DNA of 64,000 nt from Candidatus Woesearchaeota archaeon (GTDB lineage Archaea; Nanobdellota; Nanobdellia; CAZCWL01; CAZQAZ01). Under the pieces are notes generated by a model. The model worked only from the letters and a program-made list of their open reading frames with translations, searched no databases and was not told where the DNA came from. Shown piece after piece: positions 46,477 through 55,922 of the stretch (the first letter of the stretch is position 1; every line of letters starts with the position of its first letter). The position numbers and the translations under genes are program-made. The stretch covers positions 36,851 to 100,850 of the forward strand of contig CAZQAZ010000002.1 of NCBI GenBank assembly GCA_964591855.1, read 5' to 3'.

Positions 46477-48240
46477 ATCATGATAAGACAGCCTATTGTG
46501 TCAGTACTTGCACACGTAGATCATGGTAAAACAACACTTCTAGACACAATTAGGAATAGTGCTGTGGCTCAAAAGGAGGCTGGTGGAATAACACAATGTA
46601 TTGATGCAACCGAAGTCCCAATAGATGCCATCAAGAAAATCACAAAGAACCTCTTGAAGAATGTTAAGATTACTATACCTGGCTTATTGTTTATAGATAC
46701 GCCTGGCCACGAAGCCTTCTCTTCTTTAAGGAAAAGAGGTGGAGCTATATCTGACTTAGCAATACTGATCATAGACATAAATCAAGGCGTCCAACCCCAA
46801 ACAAGGGAATCAATTGAAATATTAAAGACATTCAAGGTCCCATTTGTTGTAGCTCTAAATAAGATAGATATGATAAATGGGTGGAAGCCTCAAAATACAT
46901 ATTCTTACTTGGAGTCCATTAAGCATCAAAATGATTTTGTTAAAGAGGAAATACAGAATAAAGTTTATGAGATCATGGGTGAACTTTCAAGCTTTGGCTT
47001 TGATTCTGATTTATTCACAAATATATCGGATTATACGAAAACCCTTTCAATTATCCCCATCTCCGGTAAGACAGGAGAGGGGATAGCAGAGTTACTTGCA
47101 GTACTTGTTGGTATGGCTCAAAAATACTTAGAGAATAGGCTTGAAATAGACCCAAACTCTGAAGCACTTGGAACTATTCTTGAAGTTAAAGAGGTAAAAG
47201 GTCTTGGGAAGGTTATAGACGCAATAATATACGATGGCTCATTGAAGAGGGGCGATTTGATAGTTATAGGTACAAATGATGAGCCAATAGTTACTAAAGT
47301 AAAGGCGCTCTTGAAACCTAAGCCTCTTACAGAAACGAGAGAAAAAATGATCAACTTTAGGCCTGTGGATAAAGTTGTAGCAGCATGTGGGGTTAGAATT
47401 GCAGCTCCAGATTTAGACAGGGCGGTTGCAGGTATGCCTTTAATGTCTGCTAAGGGAGACATAGAGAAAGTAAAGGAGTACATAAAAAAGGAGATTTCTT
47501 CTGTGAAAGTCGATACTCAGGAAGAAGGTGTTGTGATAAAAGTTGACACCCTTGGTTCTCTGGAGGCCATACTCTCACTTGTTAGGAAAGAAAACATACC
47601 TATCAAGAAGGCAGAAATAGGACCTGTTTCTAAATCTGATGTTATAACGGCAAGAAATGTGGAGGACAAATACCTTAGAGTTATATTTGCATTCAATACG
47701 CAAGTTCTTCCAGATGCGAAAAAACTAGCAGAGGAATTTAAGATAAAAATCTTCAGAAGTGATGTGATATACAAGATACTTGAAGATTATGAAGAATGGA
47801 AGAAAGAGGAAGAAGAAAGAGAGAGAAAAGAAGCCATGGCAAAGCTAACACTTCCTGCTAAAATTAGAATACTTCCAGGATATGTGTTCAGACAGTCTAA
47901 GCCAGCGGTTTGTGGTATTGAAGTACTTGAGGGTAAGCTTACAAAAGGTTCTAAGCTTATGAATGCTGAGGGTAAAGTTATAGGTGAAGTGAAGGATATT
48001 CAGGATCAAGGAGAAAGTATAGAAAGTGCGGATAAGGGAATGAAGGTTGCAATATCAATAGAGGGTGCTGTTATAGGTAGAAATGTAGACGAAGGAGAGG
48101 ACTTGTGGACAGACATACCTCTAGACGACTTCAAAACCATGACAACTAAGTATAAAGACCTTCTTAGAGACACAGATCTGGAAGCCCTAAGGCAAATCCT
48201 CGAGCTCAAACGCAAGCATGATCCTATGTGGGGTTTATGA
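46462..48240 (+). CDS. infB: Translation initiation factor aIF5B (IF-2 homolog)
   Basis: G domain starting VSVLAHVDHGKTTLLD, plus DTPGHEAF and NKID motifs. About 590 aa. Confidence 0.85.
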   Translation: MRNFHIMIRQPIVSVLAHVDHGKTTLLDTIRNSAVAQKEAGGITQCIDATEVPIDAIKKITKNLLKNVKITIPGLLFIDTPGHEAFSSLRKRGGAISDLAILIIDINQGVQPQTRESIEILKTFKVPFVVALNKIDMINGWKPQNTYSYLESIKHQNDFVKEEIQNKVYEIMGELSSFGFDSDLFTNISDYTKTLSIIPISGKTGEGIAELLAVLVGMAQKYLENRLEIDPNSEALGTILEVKEVKGLGKVIDAIIYDGSLKRGDLIVIGTNDEPIVTKVKALLKPKPLTETREKMINFRPVDKVVAACGVRIAAPDLDRAVAGMPLMSAKGDIEKVKEYIKKEISSVKVDTQEEGVVIKVDTLGSLEAILSLVRKENIPIKKAEIGPVSKSDVITARNVEDKYLRVIFAFNTQVLPDAKKLAEEFKIKIFRSDVIYKILEDYEEWKKEEEERERKEAMAKLTLPAKIRILPGYVFRQSKPAVCGIEVLEGKLTKGSKLMNAEGKVIGEVKDIQDQGESIESADKGMKVAISIEGAVIGRNVDEGEDLWTDIPLDDFKTMTTKYKDLLRDTDLEALRQILELKRKHDPMWGL

Positions 48241-48247
48241 ATAAAAA

Positions 48248-48258
48248 TATTTATAAAT
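48248..48258 (+). promoter_or_regulatory. TATA box (TATTTATAAAT) for the S6e-aIF2gamma operon
   Basis: About 50 nt upstream of the S6e ATG. GAGGAAAGGTGA Shine-Dalgarno in the leader. Confidence 0.5.
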
Positions 48259-48305
48259 CCCTCTTTTATTCTTCTTTTAGTTTTTAAAGAGGAAAGGTGA
48301 TACTG

Positions 48306-48689
48306 ATGGCAAAATTCGTCATAGGAACAAAATCTGGAAAAACATACACTATAGAGAAAGATATAGACATAGTTCTCAATAAGCAAATAGGCGACGTAAT
48401 AAAAGGAGAGCTCTTAGATTTGCCAGGATATGAGTTAGAGATAACAGGAGGTTCTGATAAGCAAGGTTTCCCCATGAGGAAAGATATAGTTGGATCAAGG
48501 AGAGCAAGACCTATACTAACTAAGGGTGTAGGGATGAGAGAAAAAGGAGTAAGAAGAAGGAAAACTGTTAGAGGAAATACAATATCAGAAGAGATAATAC
48601 AGGTTAATTTGAAAGTTGTTAAGGAAGGGCCTAAAAAGTTAGAAGAAATATTTAACAAGGAGGCGGAAGGTGGAGAGCAAACAGCCTGA
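48306..48689 (+). CDS. rps6e: 30S ribosomal protein S6e
   Basis: MAKFVIGTKSGKTYTIE...GGSDKQGFPMRKD S6e signature. Start at the ATG just after the SD; the track start 48297 lies 9 nt upstream. Confidence 0.85.
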   Translation: MAKFVIGTKSGKTYTIEKDIDIVLNKQIGDVIKGELLDLPGYELEITGGSDKQGFPMRKDIVGSRRARPILTKGVGMREKGVRRRKTVRGNTISEEIIQVNLKVVKEGPKKLEEIFNKEAEGGEQTA

Positions 48690-49887
48690 GATTAATATAG
48701 GAGTCATAGGTCACATAGCCCATGGCAAATCAACTTTAGTTTATGCTTTGACCAAAAAAAGGACACAAACTCATTCTGAGGAGCTTAAGAGAGGAATAAC
48801 GATAAGACTTGGGTATGCGGAGTTTTCTGTATATAAATGTAAAGATCATGGCTACACTACTGATAAGGTTTGTCCAGTGTGCAAAAAGAAATGTGAGTTT
48901 GTTAGGAAGATCTCATTTGTAGATGCACCAGGACATGAAACATTAATGGCGACAATGTTGGCTGGTGCGTCTATAATAGATGGCGCTATACTTGTCATAG
49001 CTGCAAATGAACCTTGTCCTCAACCTCAAACTAGAGAGCATCTTATGGCCATAGAAATAAGTGGGATTAAGAACATAGTCATAGTCCAGAATAAAATAGA
49101 TCTTGTAAGCAAAGAACAAGCTTTAGAGAACTATAAGCAAATAAAGGAGTTTGTTAAGGGAACTGTTGCTGAGAATGCTCCAATCATACCTGTTTCTGCT
49201 CAATATGGAACGAATATTGACTTGTTACTTAAAGCTATGGAAGAGAATATACCAACTCCTAAGAGAGACGAAAATGCTACTCCATTATTCTTAACAGTTA
49301 GAACTTTCGATGTTAACAAGCCAGGTACAGATGTTATGAAGTTAGTTGGGGGAGTTTTTGGAGGGTCTATAATTAAAGGTAAGTTAAGTGTTGGAGATGA
49401 GATAGAGATTGTTCCTGGAATTAAAAAGATCAAACAAAACAAGGAAGTATGGGAACCTTTGGTTACAAAAATAAAAGCCATATACTCAGGGAATACACCT
49501 TTAGATGAAGCAAGACCTGGTGGAAACATTGCTTTATCCACAGGGTTAGATCCTAGTTTAACAAAGTCAGACTCTTTGGCTGGATCTGTCATCAGCCTAA
49601 AAGGGAAAACTCCAGAGGTTTATCATGAATTAACTTTGGAAGCTCATTTGCTTAGTAGAAGTGTTGGTACTAAGGAGGAGCTTAACCAAGAGCCATTTAA
49701 GACCAATGAACCTTTACTTCTAAATGTCTGGACATCGAAGACCTTGGGAGTAGTAAAGAAAGTTGTAGGCAACAAACTAGAGCTTGTTCTTAAGCTACCA
49801 GTGGCTGTTAACAAAGGCGAAAAAGTAGCTATCTCCAGAAGACTTGGAACAAAATGGAGATTGGTTGGGTACGGTATTGTTCTGTGA
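48670..49887 (+). CDS. eif2g: Translation initiation factor aIF2 gamma subunit
   Basis: GVIGHIAHGKSTL G1 motif, a zinc knuckle (CPVCKKKC) and DAPGHE. Confidence 0.9.
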   Translation: MESKQPEINIGVIGHIAHGKSTLVYALTKKRTQTHSEELKRGITIRLGYAEFSVYKCKDHGYTTDKVCPVCKKKCEFVRKISFVDAPGHETLMATMLAGASIIDGAILVIAANEPCPQPQTREHLMAIEISGIKNIVIVQNKIDLVSKEQALENYKQIKEFVKGTVAENAPIIPVSAQYGTNIDLLLKAMEENIPTPKRDENATPLFLTVRTFDVNKPGTDVMKLVGGVFGGSIIKGKLSVGDEIEIVPGIKKIKQNKEVWEPLVTKIKAIYSGNTPLDEARPGGNIALSTGLDPSLTKSDSLAGSVISLKGKTPEVYHELTLEAHLLSRSVGTKEELNQEPFKTNEPLLLNVWTSKTLGVVKKVVGNKLELVLKLPVAVNKGEKVAISRRLGTKWRLVGYGIVL

Positions 49888-50721
49888 TTATGCCAAATAC
49901 CATCCAACGAGAGCTCTCTCTATCTTTTTTAGTGGAGAGTAAACATCACTCCCCTCCAAGTCTTTAAGTACACTGTTGTATTCCCATATCTTATCAAATG
50001 AGAGATCTTCCAACAAAACAATAGCAAGTCCTATTAGTTTCTTTACTTTCTCTCTAGCATCTTGGTTAACACTTGTATAAAGCTTATCTAACTCTCTTAC
50101 TTGTTCTGCTATCTTACTTATGAAAAAGCAATCTATTGGTTTGAGCTTTGAGCCAAGTAAAATTGAAGGGTTGATCAAAGCTCTTCTGAAGAATCTTTCA
50201 ATTGAGAGATGTGACTTCTCAAGCTCCTTTCTATGCCATTCCCTAATGTCTTTCTCGTTTTTCTTAGTTCTATAAATGTTTAGTAATCTGTTCAAAGAAT
50301 TCTTAAGAAGATCTCTCAAAGGCATGTAAGACTCAGCACTATAAAACACTGCCTTCTCCTGTGTGAATTCAAGTACATCTACAGGTAAACCTAACTCTTC
50401 TATTCTTTTTTGATGGTACTTAATCTCATTCTTGTTAAGTTTTTGCCCAAACACAACCTCAAATTTGTTGTAGCCATCCAAATAAAGGTTTGTTATGAAC
50501 CTATGAGCAAGAAGAGGTTCATACTTCTCCAGCTTGACTTTCTTTTCTGTTATCTTCTCTTCTAATGGTTTTGTTGGGGAGATGATCACATTTCCATTTG
50601 TGTCTATTACGATATCAACGTACGGATTCTCTTCCAACTTGACACTCTCAACCCACTTTTTGGGCAAGTACACAAAGTAAGAACTCCCAACTTTCTGTAC
50701 TTTCTTCCTGATGGAATCCAT
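49888..50721 (-). CDS. AbrB/SpoVT-type N-terminal domain protein, possibly a PhoU-like regulator
   Basis: N-terminal KKVQKVGSSYFVYLPKKWVESVKL swapped-hairpin motif. The helical C-terminal region is weakly PhoU-like. Confidence 0.35.
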   Translation of the reverse strand: MDSIRKKVQKVGSSYFVYLPKKWVESVKLEENPYVDIVIDTNGNVIISPTKPLEEKITEKKVKLEKYEPLLAHRFITNLYLDGYNKFEVVFGQKLNKNEIKYHQKRIEELGLPVDVLEFTQEKAVFYSAESYMPLRDLLKNSLNRLLNIYRTKKNEKDIREWHRKELEKSHLSIERFFRRALINPSILLGSKLKPIDCFFISKIAEQVRELDKLYTSVNQDAREKVKKLIGLAIVLLEDLSFDKIWEYNSVLKDLEGSDVYSPLKKIERALVGWYLA

Positions 50722-50796
50722 ATACTTTATATATATTATAAGTATTTAAGCCTTCCCATACGCAAAGATTAAAAACACATTAATCCTCCTTTTTCT

Positions 50797-51165
50797 ATGA
50801 AAGTCTTCCTTGACACCAACTTTTTGGTACTTCCCTTTGAGGAAAGGATTGACATATTCGATGAAATAATTGGACTTGTGGAAGCACCAGAGATAATAGT
50901 GCTAGAGGAAGTTTTGGGCGAGCTTAAAAAAATAAAGCCAAAGCTTTACAATTCTGTTTTAGACCTTCTAAAGCTTAAGAAGGTGAAGATAGTAAAGTCT
51001 AACACAAAATCCACGAGAGCAAGTGTAGATGATCTTCTTTTAACTCGTGCATCATCCGAAAAAGGAGCCATTGCTACTTTAGACAGAGAACTGAAACAAA
51101 AAGCTTTAAAACAGGGAGTTCCAATAATAAGTGTTAGAGGAAATAAGCTTGAAATGAGGTGGTAA
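50797..51165 (+). CDS. PIN-domain protein (putative ribonuclease)
   Basis: MKVFLDTNFLV...TLDRELKQKA PIN acidic-residue pattern. Confidence 0.5.
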   Translation: MKVFLDTNFLVLPFEERIDIFDEIIGLVEAPEIIVLEEVLGELKKIKPKLYNSVLDLLKLKKVKIVKSNTKSTRASVDDLLLTRASSEKGAIATLDRELKQKALKQGVPIISVRGNKLEMRW

Positions 51166-51695
51166 GGATTAATTTAGAGGCCGGACCTAAAGGAAAAGTT
51201 CCAGACGAGATCTATGTCGTTGTTGAGATACCAAAGGGCCTAAACTTAAAATACGAGTTTAGAGACGGGAACTTATTCCTAGACAGAGTTCTTAGGTACA
51301 ATCTCTTTCTTCCAGGGGATTACGGTATAATTCCAAGCACTTTGGCAGAAGATGGGGACAACTTGGATTGCGTTGTTCTAGTAAACCATGCTAACTTCCC
51401 TGGGTCTGTTATAAGAGCTAGACCTATTGGTTATTTAGAGATGGAAGACGAGAAAGGAATAGATAAGAAGGTGATAGCAGTCCCAGTTAAGGACGTAGAT
51501 CCAAGCTTCTCTAAGATAAAAAATATAAATGATGTGTCAAAATACACACTTGCTCAGATAAGGTTTTACTTCGAGCATTACAAATCTCTAGAAGAGGGCA
51601 AGTGGACAAAAATAGGTAAATTTAAAAATGCGAAACAAGCCAAAATGTTAATAAAGAAAAGTATAAAAGCATATAAGGAGCAAAATAATGAGTGA
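51159..51695 (+). CDS. ppa: Inorganic pyrophosphatase (family I)
   Basis: IYVVVEIPKG...DGDNLDCVVL...KVIAVP motifs. Confidence 0.85.
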   Translation: MVRINLEAGPKGKVPDEIYVVVEIPKGLNLKYEFRDGNLFLDRVLRYNLFLPGDYGIIPSTLAEDGDNLDCVVLVNHANFPGSVIRARPIGYLEMEDEKGIDKKVIAVPVKDVDPSFSKIKNINDVSKYTLAQIRFYFEHYKSLEEGKWTKIGKFKNAKQAKMLIKKSIKAYKEQNNE

Positions 51696-51701
51696 TGTGT
51701 T

Positions 51702-52268
51702 ATGTATAAAGTTTTGACCATAAGAGATAGAATAAGAGTGCCCCCAGACAAATTGGGGTCAAGGGTAAAGTCAAGTATAAAGGAGTCTATAAAGCACAAG
51801 TTCGAGGGCATGGTATTCAATAACACCTTGATCTTAGCATTTATGGAATTAAAAGACATAGGAGAAGGTATAATCATTCCTGGAGATGGAGCTGTTTATT
51901 ACGATTCTACATTTACAGTATTGGCTTACGAACCAAGGTTAAATGAAGTTGTTGAAGGAAAGGTTAGTGAAGTGACAGAGTTTGGAGCTTTCATAGAGAT
52001 AGGGCCAATAGATGGACTTTCTCACTTATCACAAGTGATGGATGATTATGTTTCGTACTCCAAATCAGGCACTTTATCTGGAAAGAAAACCAAGAAAACA
52101 TTATCTGTTAATGATAAGGTAAGAGCAAGGATAATTGCTATATCGTTAAAAGCTACGAAGGGAGCAAAGATAGGTCTTACAATGAGACAAGCTGGTTTAG
52201 GTAAGTTAGAGTGGTTAGAAAAGGAGAAAGCTAAAAAGGCAAAACAAAGTAAGGTGAAGAAGAAATGA
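51702..52268 (+). CDS. rpoE: DNA-directed RNA polymerase subunit E' (Rpb7 homolog, S1 domain)
   Basis: MYKVLTIRDRIRVPP N-terminal signature followed by an S1 fold. Confidence 0.85.
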   Translation: MYKVLTIRDRIRVPPDKLGSRVKSSIKESIKHKFEGMVFNNTLILAFMELKDIGEGIIIPGDGAVYYDSTFTVLAYEPRLNEVVEGKVSEVTEFGAFIEIGPIDGLSHLSQVMDDYVSYSKSGTLSGKKTKKTLSVNDKVRARIIAISLKATKGAKIGLTMRQAGLGKLEWLEKEKAKKAKQSKVKKK

Positions 52269-52447
52269 AGAAAGCATGTAAGGTTTGCAAAAGGTTAACA
52301 TCTGAAAAGAAATGTCCAGTCTGTGGATCAACAGAATTCGAATCAAATTGGAAAGGTTTAGTCATAATCTTTGATCCTGATAACTCTGAGATTGCAAAGA
52401 AAATGGGTATAAAACTACCGGGAGAATATGCACTTAAGTTAAGGTGA
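52265..52447 (+). CDS. spt4: Transcription elongation factor Spt4 (RpoE'')
   Basis: 60 aa with the zinc ribbon CKVCKRLTSEKKCPVCGS. ATGA overlap with rpoE. Confidence 0.8.
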   Translation: MKKACKVCKRLTSEKKCPVCGSTEFESNWKGLVIIFDPDNSEIAKKMGIKLPGEYALKLR

Positions 52448-52453
52448 GTAAGC

Positions 52454-52864
52454 ATGGAACTTAAAATCATATCACAAAAGGAAAATCCATTACTAAATAG
52501 GCTCGAAGTAGAAGTAGAGATTACACACCCAAAAGAGCCTACACCTACAAGACAGGTTGTTTTGTTAGAAGTTGCTAAGATGCTTAATAAGCCTGTGAAT
52601 TTAGGTGTTGTTAAGACCATAAGAACAAGCTTTGGTTCGAACATATCTAAGGCCAGGATAAACTTTTATAACACTGAAGAGGATCTAAAGAAGACTGAAC
52701 CTGAACACATAATAAAGAAGTCAAAAGTTGAAGTCCAAGAGAGTAAAGAGGAACAAAAGGAAGAACAAAAAGAAGAGACAGAATCTAAACCCGAGACGGG
52801 AGGAGTAGAAGATGGGGAAGAAAAAGGAGAGAGTAAAGAAGGGGAAGAAGAAAAGAAAGAATAG
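52454..52864 (+). CDS. rps24e: 30S ribosomal protein S24e with acidic/lysine-rich C-terminal tail
   Basis: [26 protein letters not shown]24e N-terminal signature. Confidence 0.85.
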   Translation: MELKIISQKENPLLNRLEVEVEITHPKEPTPTRQVVLLEVAKMLNKPVNLGVVKTIRTSFGSNISKARINFYNTEEDLKKTEPEHIIKKSKVEVQESKEEQKEEQKEETESKPETGGVEDGEEKGESKEGEEEKKE

Positions 52865-53036
52865 AGTCCCATCTAAGAAATGGGAAGCTTATGCAAAGAA
52901 GAAGAGGATTTGCCCAAAGTGTGGTCCAGGAGTATTTCTAGCAGAGCATAAAGATAGGTTACACTGTGGTAAGTGCGGGTACACAGAATTTAAGAGACAA
53001 GAAAAGCAAGAAAATACTCAAGAATCGAAGCAGTAA
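52812..53036 (+). CDS. rps27ae: 30S ribosomal protein S27ae
   Basis: [28 protein letters not shown] zinc ribbon. K-rich N-terminus. Overlaps the S24e 3' end in another frame. Confidence 0.75.
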   Translation: MGKKKERVKKGKKKRKNRVPSKKWEAYAKKKRICPKCGPGVFLAEHKDRLHCGKCGYTEFKRQEKQENTQESKQ

Positions 53037-53314
53037 AGCACGTCTTTAAAGTTTACTATCTTATCTCCTTTGATTTTCACACCTTCGGATTTTAACATCT
53101 TTATCTTAGATTTCTTCCCACCTTTGCCAGAGTATCCACCAACTTTTCCAGAGCTTAATACAACCCTATGGCAAGGTACTCTTGGGGCATAAGGATTCTT
53201 TTTCATCAGCATTCCAACAACTCTTGGATGCAATCCTAAAGCTTTTCCCAATTCTTTATAAGTTGTTACCTTTCCCTTAGGGACCTTTAACAATCTCTTG
53301 TAGATTTCTTCCAT
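53018..53314 (-). CDS. ogt: O6-alkylguanine-DNA alkyltransferase (MGMT/Ogt) C-terminal-domain-only protein
   Basis: [17 protein letters not shown]...PCHRVV active-site motif. Only about 98 aa. Start at ATG; the track start is TTG at 53317. Confidence 0.65.
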   Translation of the reverse strand: MEEIYKRLLKVPKGKVTTYKELGKALGLHPRVVGMLMKKNPYAPRVPCHRVVLSSGKVGGYSGKGGKKSKIKMLKSEGVKIKGDKIVNFKDVLYCFDS

Positions 53315-53329
53315 CAAAAGTATTTTAAC

Positions 53330-54313
53330 TTGTGTTCAATTATAAGGATTATGATAGTGTTGGGTATAGAGTCAACTGCACATACATTTGGTGTAGGAAT
53401 AATAGATTCAGAAGAGAGAAAAGTTCTATCAAATGTAAGAGACACTTTTAAACCTCCTAAAGGAGGTTTTGTTCCAAGAGATTTGTCAGAACATCATGCT
53501 AAAGTTTGTTATGATGTGACACAAAAGGCATTGGATGAGGCTAAGCTTTCTATAAAAGATATTGACAGGATAGCCTATTCTCGTGGGCCAGGAATAGGAC
53601 AAGCTCTTTTGATAGGTTCAACTTTTGCCAAGACTCTTCACATAAGACATAAGATACCTGTAGTTGGAGTCAATCACTGTATAGCTCACTTGGAGATAGG
53701 GAGATTCTTAACGGAGTGTAAGGATCCAGTTATGCTTTACGTTTCGGGAGGAAACACCCAAGTCATATCTTACGAAGGTAAAAGATACAGAGTCTTTGGA
53801 GAGACTATGGATATAGCTCTAGGGAACTTGATAGATGTTTTTGGTAGAGAAGCAGGCCTTCCCACCCCAGCAGGTCCTATTGTTGAAAAGCTTGCAAAGA
53901 ACGGGAAATATGTAGAATTGCCTTATGTGGTCAAGGGTATGGATGTGTCACTAGCAGGAATGTTAACTAACCTTAAAGATAAACTTAAGAGAGGATACAA
54001 AGTTGAAGATCTTGCATATTCGTTGCAGGAAACAGCGTTTGCTATGTTGGTTGAAGTAACAGAGAGAGCTATGGCTCATACCGAGAAGAAGGAAATGTTG
54101 CTTACTGGTGGGGTGGCTGCAAATAAAAGACTCCAGGAAATGAGTAAGATTATGTGCGAAGAAAGAGGTGCACGTTTTTACACCATACCTTTACAGTATG
54201 CAGGAGACAATGGTGCAATGATAGCCGTTGTTGGAGCCTTAGCAGAACCTGATAACAACTTTGACATAGACCCAAACTGGCGTACAGACCAAGTTAAGAT
54301 AACTTGGCGTTAG
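53330..54313 (+). CDS. kae1: KEOPS subunit Kae1 (tRNA t6A37 threonylcarbamoyltransferase)
   Basis: GIESTAHTFGVGI and HH metal-binding motifs of the Kae1/TsaD family. The true start is possibly the internal Met at 53351. Confidence 0.9.
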   Translation: MCSIIRIMIVLGIESTAHTFGVGIIDSEERKVLSNVRDTFKPPKGGFVPRDLSEHHAKVCYDVTQKALDEAKLSIKDIDRIAYSRGPGIGQALLIGSTFAKTLHIRHKIPVVGVNHCIAHLEIGRFLTECKDPVMLYVSGGNTQVISYEGKRYRVFGETMDIALGNLIDVFGREAGLPTPAGPIVEKLAKNGKYVELPYVVKGMDVSLAGMLTNLKDKLKRGYKVEDLAYSLQETAFAMLVEVTERAMAHTEKKEMLLTGGVAANKRLQEMSKIMCEERGARFYTIPLQYAGDNGAMIAVVGALAEPDNNFDIDPNWRTDQVKITWR

Positions 54314-54498
54314 AATGTTGGAAAGTATTATTAAAGTTAATCCCTTCTAAATCTTATGGCAGAAGGGGAAGTAAGTGTTGTGCCATTTTTGCTGCAGATG
54401 TTAATAGGAGTAATAATAGGACTATTCTTTGGGCCAGGAATAGCTTAATATTAATCTGTTAATAGCGAGTTGGATTGGTTATGGTGGGGTTGTTGTAG

Positions 54499-55320
54499 AT
54501 GCCAGCGAATGTTAATGTGGCATTTGTAGAGGCTGAGAAAGAATACGAGGAAGCTAGAACTAATGAGGAGAAGCTTAAAGCCTTAAAGAAGATGCTTTCT
54601 GTGGCGCCAAAGCACAAAGGTACAGAAAAAATGCTAGCCGAAATAAAAGCAAAGATATCAAAGCTCCAGAAAATAATCCAAAGAGAGAAGCAATTAAAGA
54701 GGAAAGGTAAACCCACTTCAATTAGGAAGCAAGGTGCAGCCACAGTATGTCTTTTCTCTTTACCGAATACAGGAAAGTCTTATCTTATGAATATGTTAAC
54801 AGGATCGAACATTCCTTCGACTTTAAAACCATTTGAAACTGTTGAACCGAAGGTTGGAATGATAGACTATGATGGCGTTAAGATTCAGCTAGTAGAACTT
54901 CCATCAGTATTTGAAGGCTACCACAAAAAGTATCCAAATTACATGAGTATAGCAAGAGTCTCTGATCTCATTGCAATACTTGGTGATCCAAAGATTCCAA
55001 CTAAGGAGTTGGAACAAGCAGGAGTGAAAGTGCCTACAGTTCTTATAACTCCAGAAAATGCTAAAGATTTAATATGGAAAAAGCTGGATCTGATAAGGGT
55101 GTATACTAAAGAACCGGGGAAGAGTGTTACTAAAGAGGCTATGGGTCTTAAAAGGGGCTCGAGGGTAATAGACGCAGCTGAGAGAATACATAAAGACTTT
55201 GTCAAGAAGTTTAAGTATGCGAGAATATGGGGCAAGAGTGCTTCGTTCCCAGGGCAGACAGTTGGACCTAATCATGTACTTGAGGATGGTGATGTTATTG
55301 AAATCCACACCAAAAAATAA
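54499..55320 (+). CDS. DRG/Obg-family-like protein with TGS domain and degenerate GTPase motifs
   Basis: N-terminal DRG helix and C-terminal TGS domain (RVIDAAERIHKDFVKKFKYARIWGKS) are conserved. G1 reads SLPNTGKS (no first Gly), G3 reads ELPS instead of DxxG, and NKxD is absent. 273 aa versus about 365. Confidence 0.6.
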   Translation: MPANVNVAFVEAEKEYEEARTNEEKLKALKKMLSVAPKHKGTEKMLAEIKAKISKLQKIIQREKQLKRKGKPTSIRKQGAATVCLFSLPNTGKSYLMNMLTGSNIPSTLKPFETVEPKVGMIDYDGVKIQLVELPSVFEGYHKKYPNYMSIARVSDLIAILGDPKIPTKELEQAGVKVPTVLITPENAKDLIWKKLDLIRVYTKEPGKSVTKEAMGLKRGSRVIDAAERIHKDFVKKFKYARIWGKSASFPGQTVGPNHVLEDGDVIEIHTKK

Positions 55321-55921
55321 AGAGAAAGTAGCAAGGGAGAAAATAGCCCAAGCTGCGGAGGCTATTATCTATAAAGAAGGGGATAAAATAATCAAATATA
55401 GGATCAAGAAAAAGTATAGAATCCAAAAGATAGATGAAGAACTAAGGAGAAGAAGAACAAAGCTCGAGTCTAAAATATTACTCCGTGCAAGAAGATATGG
55501 AGTGAATGTTCCAGCAGTTCTAGAGGAAAATAAATATGAAATAATTATGGAATACATAGACGGCCAACAACTCAAGAATGTTTTGAATAAGAAAAACTAC
55601 AAATCCTTAATGAAGAAGGTAGCAGAACAGGTTTCTTTGTTGCATGGAGCAGGTATAGTTCATGGAGACTTAACAACATCTAATATGATCTTAAGGAATA
55701 ATGATGTGTTCTTAATAGACTTTGGGCTTGCACAGAATTCTAATAAAATAGAGGATAGGGCAGTAGACTTGTATCTACTCAAGCAAGCCTTAGAGTCTAA
55801 GCATCATGAGATTTCAGATGCTTGCTTCGAGACTTTTATGAAATACTATAAGATAGAGGACAAACAACAAGTTGTTGATAGGTTGAAGGACATTGAGAAA
55901 AGAAGAAGGTACAAGTCTTAG
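55199..55921 (+). CDS. bud32: KEOPS kinase Bud32
   Basis: IAQAAEAIIYKEG...IIMEYIDG...HGDLTTSNMIL RIO-like kinase motifs. True start is probably an internal Met around 55286-55292. Confidence 0.75.
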   Translation: MSRSLSMREYGARVLRSQGRQLDLIMYLRMVMLLKSTPKNKEKVAREKIAQAAEAIIYKEGDKIIKYRIKKKYRIQKIDEELRRRRTKLESKILLRARRYGVNVPAVLEENKYEIIMEYIDGQQLKNVLNKKNYKSLMKKVAEQVSLLHGAGIVHGDLTTSNMILRNNDVFLIDFGLAQNSNKIEDRAVDLYLLKQALESKHHEISDACFETFMKYYKIEDKQQVVDRLKDIEKRRRYKS

Positions 55922-55922
55922 C

